Part shown: positions 10,340 through 21,120 of the stretch, in pieces
How positions within the stretch are numbered: the stretch's first letter is position 1
Layout of the letters: every line of letters starts with the position of its first letter
Sequence record: NC_052652.1
Source: Escherichia phage vB_EcoM_PHB05
Reading direction: 5' to 3' (one strand)
DNA length: 64,000 bases
Notes under the pieces: model-generated
The model's input: the letters and a program-made list of their open reading frames with translations, nothing else
Database searches by the model: none
What the model was told of the DNA's origin: nothing
Position numbers and translations under genes: made by a program

Positions 10340-13215
10340 TGTCAAGAATTAAGCACAGAATTGACAATGTTTTTCAACTGATCGATGGACATATTCAGTT
10401 CTTAGATCGTAATACAGGTTTAACTGTAGATCCTACAGTGCAACACTATGTATTAAACCCACAAAACGTTCTAGCTAATAACAGACACTTTATAAACTGG
10501 ACTGCTCAAGAAGGGCAACCAAACGGGGATGCTACAACAGAAGGTCAATCCGTGCTTATTCTTGGTTGCGCTTATGCATACCTGGCTTCCGGCGATACAA
10601 AGTATTTAGACTCTGCTAAAAAATATTGGCAAGCCTATATAGATTACTTCTTTGGTGGTCAACCTATCCCAGATCCGCCAGCAAAATATCGCCCTAACTG
10701 GATTATTAACGGTAAAGAACCACGTCTTGCACACTATCCTCTTACAGATGATGGCTACCCTACACACGGAGGTTTTAAGGGTAGCTTAATGACGTGGACT
10801 AACGGTAGAACAGTTATTCCTCATGGTGCTCCACATTGGGGAGAATACCTTGACAAAGCATGGTTTGCTTTTAATGGTAATCTAGGATGGAACTCTGTAA
10901 ACGCTACAGTATATGCTGTTAATGCAGATGGAACAACAGATTGGTCTAAGAATGGAGATCAATGGGACGTTGATTGGATCATTGATCGTCTAGGACGTAA
11001 AGTTGATTGGGATGGAAATATCTTAGAAGAAGGTTTTCCAACATCTCAATACGGAACAGTTCAACTAAAAAATACTTCTGTAAACGGTACATATAAATTT
11101 AACTACGCAACTTGTAACCCTGTTGAACACGGTGGTTATTTAATGGAGCGTAACACTATGTGGCATAACAGACCAGTTAACGTTCCGGTAGAAATGGGCT
11201 TTCAGGATAATGCGTCAGATGCCGAAACTTGGTGGTGTGATGCTAATTACCTGATGTACCAAATTACAGGAGAAAGAAAATATTGGCTATGCTGGCAGTC
11301 TTCACTGTTAGTGTGTCAAGATTACTCAAACATTGATATGTTTGATAAATTCTTCCGTAAGTCTACATATGCAACTATCCCGTTTACAGATGGCATCTCT
11401 TACGATTATTCGTATCCATCTACAGCAATACCTAAATATTCAAGAGATACTTTAGGTTATATTGTTATTAGACAAGATGTTGCTGCTCAAACAACATTAG
11501 AACAGCAAGCCATTTGGTTTAAAGTTGATCAGAACTCTAAGTTACGAGTCCAGTTTCAAGGTGTAGATGACGCAGGAGATGGTATTCTTTTCCGTCCAGA
11601 GTTGGAATTAAGTAAGACCAAAGATGAAAATAACACAGTAACTTACCGTTGTGGCTTACCACTGGGTACAGCTAATATGACAAGCATGGATATTCCACTA
11701 TCCAGCTTTATGAGAAGCACCCCTCCGAATGGTGGAACATATATTATCGCAGACCCGCGAATTATTGTTGACTGGGGTGACAATACTGTGGTACAATATA
11801 AGTATGTAACAGGTATTGCTGGAACTAATAATGACCAGATTGTTACTGCATCAATGGATACGGATGGTGGTGTTACTGTTGGTTTTTGGTTAACTCCTAC
11901 ATCAAAAGCTAATGTTAAGTCTATTACATATAGAACATATGAAGATGACTTTAACATGACTATCACGGATGCTCAAGGTTGGAGATGGTGGGCTATGCTT
12001 CCTAAAACGCAAGGGGCATGGAGTACGAAGACTTTATCAGCTTCTGATTTTAAGTTAAGTGCTTACCAGCCTAATCATCCAGAAACAGATCCTAAACCTT
12101 CAGCAATAAACCTTACTGCTGTAGATCAGGTAAATTTAGTTCTCGATACGGCTCCTGTCAATGGTTTAACAGGAACAATAGATTTCTATTGTATTAACGA
12201 TGTACCTGAAAGATATTCGTCATCTTCTGGTGATGATTATACCATGTACTTCCGTATCACTGTACAGGCTTCAAATCCTCATACTGCTAAGTTAGGTGAT
12301 TGTACTATTATTGACTATAAGTTAAACAGTCTTAATTACACACCAGGAATAATTCCATTCTCTAATATCAGTGACCCAAACACTGCATTGTATGATGGTT
12401 GGCGTGGTATTCCATATCCAGGATACCAATACCCTTCCTTATACTGTTTTGCAGGTAGAGATATTGATTGGACGCGTTTAAATAACAGTATCAATTTCTT
12501 GTATGATGCTCAAATGTGGTTTTATAACACGTTTGATCCTGTGATGCCTGGGCCTATGGCACAAGCGTATGTGTGGGATCGTTGGGATGCAAGAAAATAC
12601 GGTGAACCGAATACGTTCACAATGAAACACTGGAATGAAAAAGCGTGGGATGGTTATGAAGCTCGTGCATTCTACTGTGCTTGTCATGCTGTATACGAAC
12701 TTGTACAAAGAGGAGAAACACCTCCTGAAAAACTGGTAACAGTTTGTAAAAATTGGATCAACTATCTTAAATGGTTCCAAGACAATAATGATGGAAGAAC
12801 ACCAACTATCTTTAACCCAGATGGTACAGTTCTTGCACCTATAGATGACTTTACTAGTCATATGTCGGCACTGTTTATGGCGGGTTGTTCAATCATGGGC
12901 TTGGCAGGTTATGATTCACAAATTCCAAACATTGGTATTGTAGCAGACAGATGTTTTGATCTGATTCAGCAAAACTATATTGTGCTTTCCCCTAACCATC
13001 CGATGAATGGTTGCTGGAGTGTTGCACCACGTCCAGATTCAGATAACGGAATGTTCTTTGGTTTCCATGCTGGAGAACTATTACGTGGTTTTGGTTTATA
13101 TGCCTTATATCGTAAACTAAATCCTCAAAACGCCTTACCAATTTTGGACAATAGTAACATACCGACACTAACTGTTCTAACTATGAATGATATTAGTGTT
13201 GATGTAACCAAATAA
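10339..13215 (+). CDS. Large virion-associated protein (fiber/baseplate-attached)
   Basis: 958-aa ORF in tail module; ATGA-type start overlapping upstream stop. Confidence 0.45.
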   Translation: MSRIKHRIDNVFQLIDGHIQFLDRNTGLTVDPTVQHYVLNPQNVLANNRHFINWTAQEGQPNGDATTEGQSVLILGCAYAYLASGDTKYLDSAKKYWQAYIDYFFGGQPIPDPPAKYRPNWIINGKEPRLAHYPLTDDGYPTHGGFKGSLMTWTNGRTVIPHGAPHWGEYLDKAWFAFNGNLGWNSVNATVYAVNADGTTDWSKNGDQWDVDWIIDRLGRKVDWDGNILEEGFPTSQYGTVQLKNTSVNGTYKFNYATCNPVEHGGYLMERNTMWHNRPVNVPVEMGFQDNASDAETWWCDANYLMYQITGERKYWLCWQSSLLVCQDYSNIDMFDKFFRKSTYATIPFTDGISYDYSYPSTAIPKYSRDTLGYIVIRQDVAAQTTLEQQAIWFKVDQNSKLRVQFQGVDDAGDGILFRPELELSKTKDENNTVTYRCGLPLGTANMTSMDIPLSSFMRSTPPNGGTYIIADPRIIVDWGDNTVVQYKYVTGIAGTNNDQIVTASMDTDGGVTVGFWLTPTSKANVKSITYRTYEDDFNMTITDAQGWRWWAMLPKTQGAWSTKTLSASDFKLSAYQPNHPETDPKPSAINLTAVDQVNLVLDTAPVNGLTGTIDFYCINDVPERYSSSSGDDYTMYFRITVQASNPHTAKLGDCTIIDYKLNSLNYTPGIIPFSNISDPNTALYDGWRGIPYPGYQYPSLYCFAGRDIDWTRLNNSINFLYDAQMWFYNTFDPVMPGPMAQAYVWDRWDARKYGEPNTFTMKHWNEKAWDGYEARAFYCACHAVYELVQRGETPPEKLVTVCKNWINYLKWFQDNNDGRTPTIFNPDGTVLAPIDDFTSHMSALFMAGCSIMGLAGYDSQIPNIGIVADRCFDLIQQNYIVLSPNHPMNGCWSVAPRPDSDNGMFFGFHAGELLRGFGLYALYRKLNPQNALPILDNSNIPTLTVLTMNDISVDVTK

Positions 13216-13223
13216 GGAAAATA

Positions 13224-15383
13224 ATGAAACAGGCTATTTTTACTGTAACTCGAAATACGAGAGTAAATGCCAGTTCATTCAGCTATAAGACCGTCGATGG
13301 AACGGCGGTCGCTGGTAGAGATTATGTAGCTAAACAGGGAACAGTAACGTTCCCTTCTGATGCAGATTCTGCTACTGTAGTGGTTGATGTATATGAACGT
13401 CCGGCAAACTCTTTAGATCTTTATTTTACTCTTGAGATTACTAGCATAAGTCAAAATAACATGATGATCAACGAAGAAATTCGTTGTGTTATTACGACTG
13501 ATCAATCGAATACAACCCCGCTAACTTGGCCTGTTGTGAAGTCTAGAATGTTTGATCCTAAGTTTTGGACAATAGATTCTCAAGCAACAGAAAGTTGTTC
13601 TATTATCTCTAATGGTGATTCTTTCACAGCAAGAATGGTTAATAGGACAGTGGCTGGTCTTGCTGGGATTATTTGGTCAACTTACGATAAATATGATCAC
13701 AAAGGATTAGGCTACCAAGAACATTCTGACTTAAGTAAAGAGAAACTTTGGTTTAAAATGGAACTTAGTCAAGGTGTTCCTGGATTAAAAGAAGAAAAAT
13801 TAATACCATCCTTAACAGTGACACTGAAGGATGAAACAGTTCATTATGTATCTCTAAACTTTTATGCAGAAGAAGTTTCAGAAGATGGTAAGACAGCAAC
13901 AATCAAACTAGATTTCTCAAATTTAAAATCTGGGTCAGAAAATGATATTGTTGTTGACACTACACAGATAGATAATATGTTCTTCTCCTTGATCTCCACA
14001 AGGTATCAAGAAATTGAAGAAATTATTCCTGTAGACAATGTGGATCTTTCCTTTAAATTTACCATACTGGAGCCTGACACTGGTTACAGTATGATGAATA
14101 TGGGTAATTTAAATGTTCCAGCACACACCATAAGAATGTGCACATCTTATGATGATATGTATAACCTGACCCCAGAGCGAGTTATTTCTAACACCTACAG
14201 ATTAGGTTATAGGGATATGATTAACCACTATAATGGTATGTCACACTATTATCAGTTTAGTTGGGATGCTGGTTCTAATAAATGGGTTTTGAATAGAACA
14301 GAATATTTAAACCCAGCAACAGAAGCATGGTTTGATAATTTCCACGCTAATGCAAAAGCTATGGGCTACACAGTAATGAATTCCTTAAGTTTTGAACTTA
14401 TGAGTACAGTGTGTCCTGTAGAATGGGTACAACATACTTGGAATGATGATCTGGCTGCTACAGGTTATGAGCCACCAAGTTATGTTTTATCTCCTTCAAT
14501 TGATGAAGGGATGAATTATTTACAAGGTGTAATAAATAAGATAGCTTCTATATCCGCTGCCAATGATCTTCCTGTTATTATTCAGGTTGGTGAACCGTGG
14601 TGGTGGTATAACACAGCTACCAATCTACCGTGTATTTATGATTATACAACCAAAGTTGCATTTAATAATGAAACTGGATTGTATGCACAAGATGTTGGTA
14701 CAGTTAAAAATTATAAAACTGGTACACCATATGATGAATATTATGCATTCCTATCTAAAACATTAGGACTGCGTGTTGCTAAATTTGCAACAGATACCAG
14801 ATTAGCATATCCTGGAGCTAAAGTTACATTATTACCATTTGTGCCATCCATTTTGGGTAATGGTATGATGGAGTTTGTTAACTTCCCTAAAGATTATTAT
14901 ATCCCAGAGAACTTTGACTTTTATTGTTCAGAATGTTATGACTGGTTGTTGGAAGGTAAGATGGAAAAATCTTTCGACGCTATCACAATACCTAATGAGC
15001 AACTAGGTTTTAGTTACGATAAGATACACTATCTTGCAGGGTTTGTTCCAGACGCAACTCTAGCACCATTATATGGCTTTGATCCTGAATCAGACTACAG
15101 AACATATTTGTGGAAAATGATTATAGGTAATATTGTATTGAATGATCAGAAGTTTGTTGGTTTATATCAATACATATGGGCTTACCCACAAATAATGCAT
15201 GATTCAATAACTGTTCTTAATTCAAAATCCCAAGTGTTTTATATGGGTAATGTGCCTTTGAATTGCTACTTGCAAGATATCACTCTTAAACAAGTAAATG
15301 CTGAGATTGCCACCATAAGTGGAATTACATTAGCCACTAAATCTGGAGAAGATTTAGTAACAACACAAAAATTTTATATATAG
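13224..15383 (+). CDS. Virion protein with N-terminal Calx-beta-like domain
   Basis: 719 aa; N-terminal segment YKTVDGTAVAGRDYVAKQGTVTFPSDADSATVVVDV resembles Calx-beta motif. Confidence 0.45.
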   Translation: MKQAIFTVTRNTRVNASSFSYKTVDGTAVAGRDYVAKQGTVTFPSDADSATVVVDVYERPANSLDLYFTLEITSISQNNMMINEEIRCVITTDQSNTTPLTWPVVKSRMFDPKFWTIDSQATESCSIISNGDSFTARMVNRTVAGLAGIIWSTYDKYDHKGLGYQEHSDLSKEKLWFKMELSQGVPGLKEEKLIPSLTVTLKDETVHYVSLNFYAEEVSEDGKTATIKLDFSNLKSGSENDIVVDTTQIDNMFFSLISTRYQEIEEIIPVDNVDLSFKFTILEPDTGYSMMNMGNLNVPAHTIRMCTSYDDMYNLTPERVISNTYRLGYRDMINHYNGMSHYYQFSWDAGSNKWVLNRTEYLNPATEAWFDNFHANAKAMGYTVMNSLSFELMSTVCPVEWVQHTWNDDLAATGYEPPSYVLSPSIDEGMNYLQGVINKIASISAANDLPVIIQVGEPWWWYNTATNLPCIYDYTTKVAFNNETGLYAQDVGTVKNYKTGTPYDEYYAFLSKTLGLRVAKFATDTRLAYPGAKVTLLPFVPSILGNGMMEFVNFPKDYYIPENFDFYCSECYDWLLEGKMEKSFDAITIPNEQLGFSYDKIHYLAGFVPDATLAPLYGFDPESDYRTYLWKMIIGNIVLNDQKFVGLYQYIWAYPQIMHDSITVLNSKSQVFYMGNVPLNCYLQDITLKQVNAEIATISGITLATKSGEDLVTTQKFYI

Positions 15384-15391
15384 GAGTAAAA

Positions 15392-17965
15392 ATGTCAACT
15401 ACAATTACTAATTTACCAGAAACATCAAAAGTTAATGATTCTGATTACCTGGTTTTAGACCAATCTGATAAGACTGTTAAAAGCACAGTTTCCAAATTTC
15501 TTGCTGACACTGGGGTGGTTTTAGCCACCCAGTTGAAAGATACAGATGGAGCAGATTTAATACAATCCTCAAATGGTAATACTGTTCAGGAAGAGTTGAA
15601 TAACAATCTTCTTAATGATCGTGAACAGTGGCGTCGTAGTCTTGCAGAGGCAGGGTTAACACTTGTCGATGGTAGCTTTGAAGAGGGGGCTACAGTGGGC
15701 AGTGTAACTGATGCTATCTGGTACATGGCAGGTGCTCAGTGCTACACATGGGATGGTGTATTACCTAAAGACGTACCACCTAAATCAACCCCGACATCAA
15801 CTGGTGGTGTTGATTCTGGTGCTTGGGTTAGTGTTGGTGATATGTCATTAAAGGATAATCTTTCAAACTCCAGTAATGATAATTACGGTGATGCGCTGGT
15901 AGCAGTTAAGCAGCCGTATACTACCGCAATAAACAGAACGCAGCATGATAAAAATGCTGATGTACTTGATATTTCTGATTTTGGTGTAGATATAACTGGT
16001 GCTTCTGATGAGGGCAGTAAGTTACAACAGATATTTAATGAGTTGGCCGCAGCAGGCAAGTCTATTCGTATGCACGGGTCTGTAAAGACTACTATTAACT
16101 TAGATATACGGTGTAATGTGCTGTTTGAACCAGGGTTTAAATTAACTGGCGTGAAGCTAGAAACTGGACCGCAGACCTACATTAATATTTTTAATCGTAA
16201 TATAGATGTAAGCCATATTGTTCTAGATGGCATTGTTATGTGTTTCTACCCTGTAAGTTCCACGACTACTGTTAGAAACAAGAGATGTATTACGTTTACA
16301 TCAAATACGTTAGAAGACTCGTGTGTCCGGGTGGGCGGTGATAACCTCTCTGTGCGTAACGTGTTAATTTCTAACAATACTTTTAAGAACTCCGGGTCAC
16401 GTGTTCCAACAGCAATTCGCCTAATCAATGTCTCAAACGTTGAGGTAAGTTTTAACCTTATCCAGGAGTATGGTAGGCCTATTTATCAAACAGCAACTCG
16501 CTCTTTCTCTAACTACAATGTCAATATACACCACAATAATGTGGTTTGTGATTATGGTATAGTTCTTGAGGGTACTACTGCTTTTAGAGTTAGTAAGTTC
16601 ACAATTGCTGACAATGACATTGTTTGTGAGGTAAGGAACACAGCAGCAGGTGGACGAGATGCGATTGATGTCCGCTATGGCACTAGCGGACAAATACTCA
16701 ATAACAACATCAGAACTAATGGCAGAAACATTCGTTTATCCAATACTAAAGCTGATGTTCTATTTAATGATATGGTATCGAGTGCAACAAGTGCATTCTC
16801 TGTATTGATGGCTAGTTGCTATGAATCATCTTTTATTGGTAATAAAGTTTTCAATAATTCTACTGCTGAAATTATTGTTGTGCATGTGCAGACAGAGGCT
16901 GGAGGTCTTTACACGAGTAACAACGTAAGAATCGAATCCAACACTATCAAAGGTTTTGGTCGTCTGATTCGTGTGTTGGACACCAAGGATTATGTTGTTA
17001 CTAACAATAGATTAATAAGGACTTCAAACAATGGTAATGCAGTTATTGTTGCAGATGGTACTAGTGACAGAGGCCAGGTGCATAGCAATGTGGTAGTTGG
17101 TCCTGCTGGGGTTGTTGTATCTAGTATCAGCGGAACCAACAATGCAACAACCACTGCTGATACACTTCTGAGTGTTGCAGCTAACAGCAAGACCGTAACA
17201 GCCGTGGCGAATGGATTAGTTGATCCAGACTTGAATAATTCGAAGGCATTCATCTTCAATGTTCAGGTATCTGATGTTCAGATGTTACGAGCTTTATCAT
17301 CAACTGGTGCATCAAACGCCAAGACAGTATCTCAATTCATGGCTAGGGTATCCGGTGCAACCTTAGCTTGGAATGGTACTGCCTCAGTATCTGAAGTGGG
17401 TGGACCACCTGACATCTTCGTAAATGGTGTTCTTCAAGACTCATACGGTGCAGAAGATTATATATTCTACCGGTCAGGTATGCTTATTGACTCACAGAAT
17501 AAACTCAGTGTCCGTGACTTCCAGTGTACTGGCGATGGGGATACTACCGATGATGGTACAGGGGAAATGACGCTCCGTAATATGGCAGCAGCACAAGCAG
17601 CTGAGGGGGCTATTCACAGCGCATTCTTCCGTTCTCCTCTGGTTATGGATGGGGTTATTTACAATCCTGACACCACAGGAATTTATAAAAAATCTTACTT
17701 TGATACATCTCTAGATCCTAGAATGGCTATAGGACAAAAAGCTGATGGAACCTACGTTATTATTTGTGTTAATGGTAGATACGCAGATGGGGTAAGTCCA
17801 GGCTGCACTATGCAGCAGCTAGCATCTAAGTTTGTAGCCCTGGGTTGTATCAACGCAATGAACTTGGATGGCGGTGGTTCAGCTACTCTTTGGTATAACG
17901 GTACTATCCTTAATACCCCGTCGGATGGAAGTGAACGCCCTGTTTACCATTGTATGTATGTGTAA
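15392..17965 (+). CDS. Tailspike / tail fiber with right-handed beta-helix region and C-terminal LDGGGS domain
   Basis: 857 aa; conserved fiber N-terminus; repeated Asn-rich beta-helix-like segments; C-terminal NAMNLDGGGSATLWYNG. Confidence 0.55.
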   Translation: MSTTITNLPETSKVNDSDYLVLDQSDKTVKSTVSKFLADTGVVLATQLKDTDGADLIQSSNGNTVQEELNNNLLNDREQWRRSLAEAGLTLVDGSFEEGATVGSVTDAIWYMAGAQCYTWDGVLPKDVPPKSTPTSTGGVDSGAWVSVGDMSLKDNLSNSSNDNYGDALVAVKQPYTTAINRTQHDKNADVLDISDFGVDITGASDEGSKLQQIFNELAAAGKSIRMHGSVKTTINLDIRCNVLFEPGFKLTGVKLETGPQTYINIFNRNIDVSHIVLDGIVMCFYPVSSTTTVRNKRCITFTSNTLEDSCVRVGGDNLSVRNVLISNNTFKNSGSRVPTAIRLINVSNVEVSFNLIQEYGRPIYQTATRSFSNYNVNIHHNNVVCDYGIVLEGTTAFRVSKFTIADNDIVCEVRNTAAGGRDAIDVRYGTSGQILNNNIRTNGRNIRLSNTKADVLFNDMVSSATSAFSVLMASCYESSFIGNKVFNNSTAEIIVVHVQTEAGGLYTSNNVRIESNTIKGFGRLIRVLDTKDYVVTNNRLIRTSNNGNAVIVADGTSDRGQVHSNVVVGPAGVVVSSISGTNNATTTADTLLSVAANSKTVTAVANGLVDPDLNNSKAFIFNVQVSDVQMLRALSSTGASNAKTVSQFMARVSGATLAWNGTASVSEVGGPPDIFVNGVLQDSYGAEDYIFYRSGMLIDSQNKLSVRDFQCTGDGDTTDDGTGEMTLRNMAAAQAAEGAIHSAFFRSPLVMDGVIYNPDTTGIYKKSYFDTSLDPRMAIGQKADGTYVIICVNGRYADGVSPGCTMQQLASKFVALGCINAMNLDGGGSATLWYNGTILNTPSDGSERPVYHCMYV

Positions 17966-18011
17966 TTATCTGGTGGGACTGAGCTAATGGCGTAGATTTC
18001 ATAGCAAAAAA

Positions 18012-18027
18012 CCCCGCTTCGGCGGGG
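18012..18027. terminator. GC stem-loop (ccccgc-ttcg-gcgggg) flanked by A-run; second copy at 18602..18617
   Basis: Perfect 6-bp inverted repeat after tailspike stop; A-tract upstream rather than T-tract downstream, so orientation ambiguous. Confidence 0.35.
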
Positions 18028-18057
18028 TAATCATTGAGAATAACAATAGGAGTACAT

Positions 18058-18156
18058 ATGGAATCTCAACTCAGTCAACCTAAGCAGGTTATCAACGTCA
18101 AAGTGAACAAGCAGAGTATCGCTCATGATTTAAAAAGTAATGAGAACGCACTATGA
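18058..18156 (+). CDS. Small ORF (32 aa), duplicated at 18648..18746
   Basis: ATG with AGGAG RBS; stop overlaps next start in ATGA; below ORF-track size cutoff, read from DNA. Confidence 0.25.
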   Translation: MESQLSQPKQVINVKVNKQSIAHDLKSNENAL

Positions 18157-18362
18157 GAAAATTTTTAATAGGTATGTTCTGTACATATCCTGATAATAAA
18201 GTCAGTTCTACTAAAGTTTGGAATGCTATTGGTATGATTGTTATGTCCAGTATGTTTATTTATTTGGGAATTGATAAAGAAATTCCTGAATGGATGGGCT
18301 GGGCTTTTGTTTTTATGATCACACCATCCAGACTAATGAAGAATCGTTATTATTTGTGTTAA
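18153..18362 (+). CDS. Duplication-derived variant of small membrane protein (C-terminus altered by repeat junction)
   Basis: First 63 residues identical to ORF 18743..18988, then reads across junction (ends NRYYLC). Confidence 0.3.
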   Translation: MRKFLIGMFCTYPDNKVSSTKVWNAIGMIVMSSMFIYLGIDKEIPEWMGWAFVFMITPSRLMKNRYYLC

Positions 18363-18934
18363 TGGTAGATACGCAGATGGGGTAAGTCCAGGCTGCACTA
18401 TGCAGCAGCTAGCATCTAAGTTTGTAGCCCTGGGTTGTATCAACGCAATGAACTTGGATGGCGGTGGTTCAGCTACTCTTTGGTATAACGGTACTATCCT
18501 TAATACCCCGTCGGATGGAAGTGAACGCCCTGTTTACCATTGTATGTATGTGTAATTATCTGGTGGGACTGAGCTAATGGCGTAGATTTCATAGCAAAAA
18601 ACCCCGCTTCGGCGGGGTAATCATTGAGAATAACAATAGGAGTACATATGGAATCTCAACTCAGTCAACCTAAGCAGGTTATCAACGTCAAAGTGAACAA
18701 GCAGAGTATCGCTCATGATTTAAAAAGTAATGAGAACGCACTATGAGAAAATTTTTAATAGGTATGTTCTGTACATATCCTGATAATAAAGTCAGTTCTA
18801 CTAAAGTTTGGAATGCTATTGGTATGATTGTTATGTCCAGTATGTTTATTTATTTGGGAATTGATAAAGAAATTCCTGAATGGATGGGCTGGGCTTTTGT
18901 TTTTATGATCACACCATCCAGACTAATGAAGAAT
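18345..18934 (+). repeat. Tandem direct repeat, copy 2 (590 bp)
   Basis: Second copy immediately adjacent to copy 1; sequence diverges after gaat at 18934. Confidence 0.85.
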
Positions 18935-18988
18935 TTAATAGATTTACGTTGGGGCAGATCACCTGCCCCTGATAAGGAGGATAACTAA
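18743..18988 (+). CDS. Small membrane protein (two predicted TM helices)
   Basis: 81 aa with two hydrophobic stretches; intact copy in repeat 2. Confidence 0.45.
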   Translation: MRKFLIGMFCTYPDNKVSSTKVWNAIGMIVMSSMFIYLGIDKEIPEWMGWAFVFMITPSRLMKNLIDLRWGRSPAPDKEDN

Positions 18989-20475
18989 TGGCAGATTATG
19001 GTTTAACAGATGCTGGTTTTGTAATTCCAACGTTTGATGATATTTTAAATAATTATATGACAGCATTGAAAAACACTTTCGGTGCAGATACAGCTACATC
19101 TGAAGATACTGTCTTTGGACAACTGTTCCGTATTATTGCATACACAGATTACACCCTTTGGGAAGGTATGCAAGGTGTTTACAATACCCAAACCTTAGAT
19201 GGTGCAGAAGGTATTTACCTTGATGAAATCTTCTCTAAAAGAGGTTTTTATCGTAAAGCTGCTTCTGCTGGTAGTGGTTATGCTTATGTTAAATCTAACA
19301 ATAAGGCAGCTTGGACTTATGAACTAAGCACAGATGTTTATTTTAATGCCGATAACGATTTGACATATTATGTCAGTGCACCAACAATGTTGAATGCTAA
19401 GATTGGAGCATATACCATTTCTAAAGCAAACGCAACAGCTTCTGGTGAAACTTCTATTACTTTCTACATTCAAAGTGCTATTGATGGTGGTCTTAACAGT
19501 AAAACATTAAGTCCTAGCAATACAAACTTTATTTTAGATCTCACGAATTTCATTAAAGCTAACGTATCAACAACAGATCGTGCTTTAGTATGGAATGATG
19601 CTAGTAATGTTTATATGGGTTATAATCCAGAAGATAATGTTAACCCAATAGGTCTAGTAACACCAGTGAAATTTTATGCATCCATTGCAATTGGTACAAA
19701 ATGGAGTGAAATTCCAGTTACGTGTTCAGACGTTGGTTATAATCCAGTAGGTACAGAAAGTATTACAGGTATTTCTTCAACGTTTACAGGCTTTTTAGAT
19801 ACAGGTAACTTCTATCCGTTCTCTCCAGGTACAGATGTTGAAACAGATGCAGAATTCCGTTCTCGTTTCAATGATAATATGGATGAAGCTAATGCTGCTA
19901 CTCGTGCTGCTATTGTTAAAGCTCTATTACTGACAGATGGTGTGACAAAGGTTAAGATTTATGATAACCCTACACTACACGATCAGGAACATGCTCCAGC
20001 TATGACATTCCAGACTATTGTGTATGGTGGTACAGCAGAAGAAGTTGCACAGGTTATTTATAATACTAAGCCTATTAACACATTAACTTATGGTACGACA
20101 GCAATTACTATCGTAACAGAAGATGGTGGTCAAGAAGTAATTCGTTTTTCTCCTGGTGATAATGCGGAATACTCACTTAAACTGGTATATCAAACTGGTA
20201 ATGGTAGTGTGTTAAGTACAACAGAAAGAGAAAATATTGTTTCTGCTCTTGCAAACTTACAGGCTTATTTTGAATTAGGGTCAACAGTAACTAACGACCA
20301 GATAAAAGGTGTAATTTATTCTGCACTTGCGTTCGGACGCTTGACTTCTCTCCGTGTTTATGTTAAACTTAATACTGAGGATGACAGTAAATATAATGAG
20401 GGAGATATCACTCCAGCGTACAATGTTGTACCATCCTTTGACCTTGATAATATTTCCTACGAGTACGGAGTCTAA
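18988..20475 (+). CDS. Baseplate J-like protein (putative)
   Basis: 495 aa; size and position in baseplate block, followed by small tail-protein gene. Confidence 0.45.
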   Translation: MADYGLTDAGFVIPTFDDILNNYMTALKNTFGADTATSEDTVFGQLFRIIAYTDYTLWEGMQGVYNTQTLDGAEGIYLDEIFSKRGFYRKAASAGSGYAYVKSNNKAAWTYELSTDVYFNADNDLTYYVSAPTMLNAKIGAYTISKANATASGETSITFYIQSAIDGGLNSKTLSPSNTNFILDLTNFIKANVSTTDRALVWNDASNVYMGYNPEDNVNPIGLVTPVKFYASIAIGTKWSEIPVTCSDVGYNPVGTESITGISSTFTGFLDTGNFYPFSPGTDVETDAEFRSRFNDNMDEANAATRAAIVKALLLTDGVTKVKIYDNPTLHDQEHAPAMTFQTIVYGGTAEEVAQVIYNTKPINTLTYGTTAITIVTEDGGQEVIRFSPGDNAEYSLKLVYQTGNGSVLSTTERENIVSALANLQAYFELGSTVTNDQIKGVIYSALAFGRLTSLRVYVKLNTEDDSKYNEGDITPAYNVVPSFDLDNISYEYGV

Positions 20476-20477
20476 AA

Positions 20478-21107
20478 ATGGCAGTGAGTGTTGACCATGT
20501 GACAACGTGGGATAGTATCAATGAAGATGTTAAAGACCTACTGATTGAAGATTTTAAATCTTCTCCGAACATTGTCAAACTACTCTATATCATTTCTAGC
20601 GAAAAACAAAAGATAGATCAGGCAATGATCTATCTTGCCAAACACCGCTTAATCTCTACTGCAACTGGTAAGTATTTAGATCTTATTGGTGAAGAGATGG
20701 GGATGGAGAGAAATGGTGCTACGGATGAAGAGTATCGTACAATATTAAAAATCAGGGCTTATCGTGTTGCGTCTTCTGGTACGCGAGATGATATCATTGA
20801 TATGTTCGCTCGTTTTACAGGAACAGAAAAAGAAACGATCAATACATACGTTGGATTAAATAAAACATTCGACGTATTCTTTTATAATTTGTGTCTACAA
20901 TCCGATCAGGCAGTAGCACAGTTACTTAACGTTTTCCCGATCCTAAGTAGTTATCGCTTAGGTGCGAAAGCGGGTGCAGCCTTTGGTTTCACTTCCTATT
21001 ATGCCACAAAGCCACCTCATGGTATAGGTGGTTTAGGTTCTCTTTACACAGAGGCTGAAGGAGATGATACAGGGCGAATGACTATGCTGATAGCTCAAAT
21101 AGAATAA
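20478..21107 (+). CDS. Tail/baseplate protein (putative)
   Basis: 209-aa ORF translationally coupled to upstream gene. Confidence 0.35.
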   Translation: MAVSVDHVTTWDSINEDVKDLLIEDFKSSPNIVKLLYIISSEKQKIDQAMIYLAKHRLISTATGKYLDLIGEEMGMERNGATDEEYRTILKIRAYRVASSGTRDDIIDMFARFTGTEKETINTYVGLNKTFDVFFYNLCLQSDQAVAQLLNVFPILSSYRLGAKAGAAFGFTSYYATKPPHGIGGLGSLYTEAEGDDTGRMTMLIAQIE

Positions 21108-21120
21108 GGAGTTACTCTTA

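Larger units (their letters stand above)
17755..18344 (+). repeat. Tandem direct repeat, copy 1 (590 bp)
   Basis: Apparently identical to 18345..18934 by direct reading; spans tailspike 3' end, hairpin, 32-codon ORF and most of the small membrane protein gene. Confidence 0.85.

Noticed and set aside
18012-18027. Hairpin after the tailspike gene as a simple plus-strand intrinsic terminator
   Set aside because: The T-tract is on the wrong side for plus-strand termination (A-run upstream, no U-tract downstream); reported only as a stem-loop of uncertain orientation.
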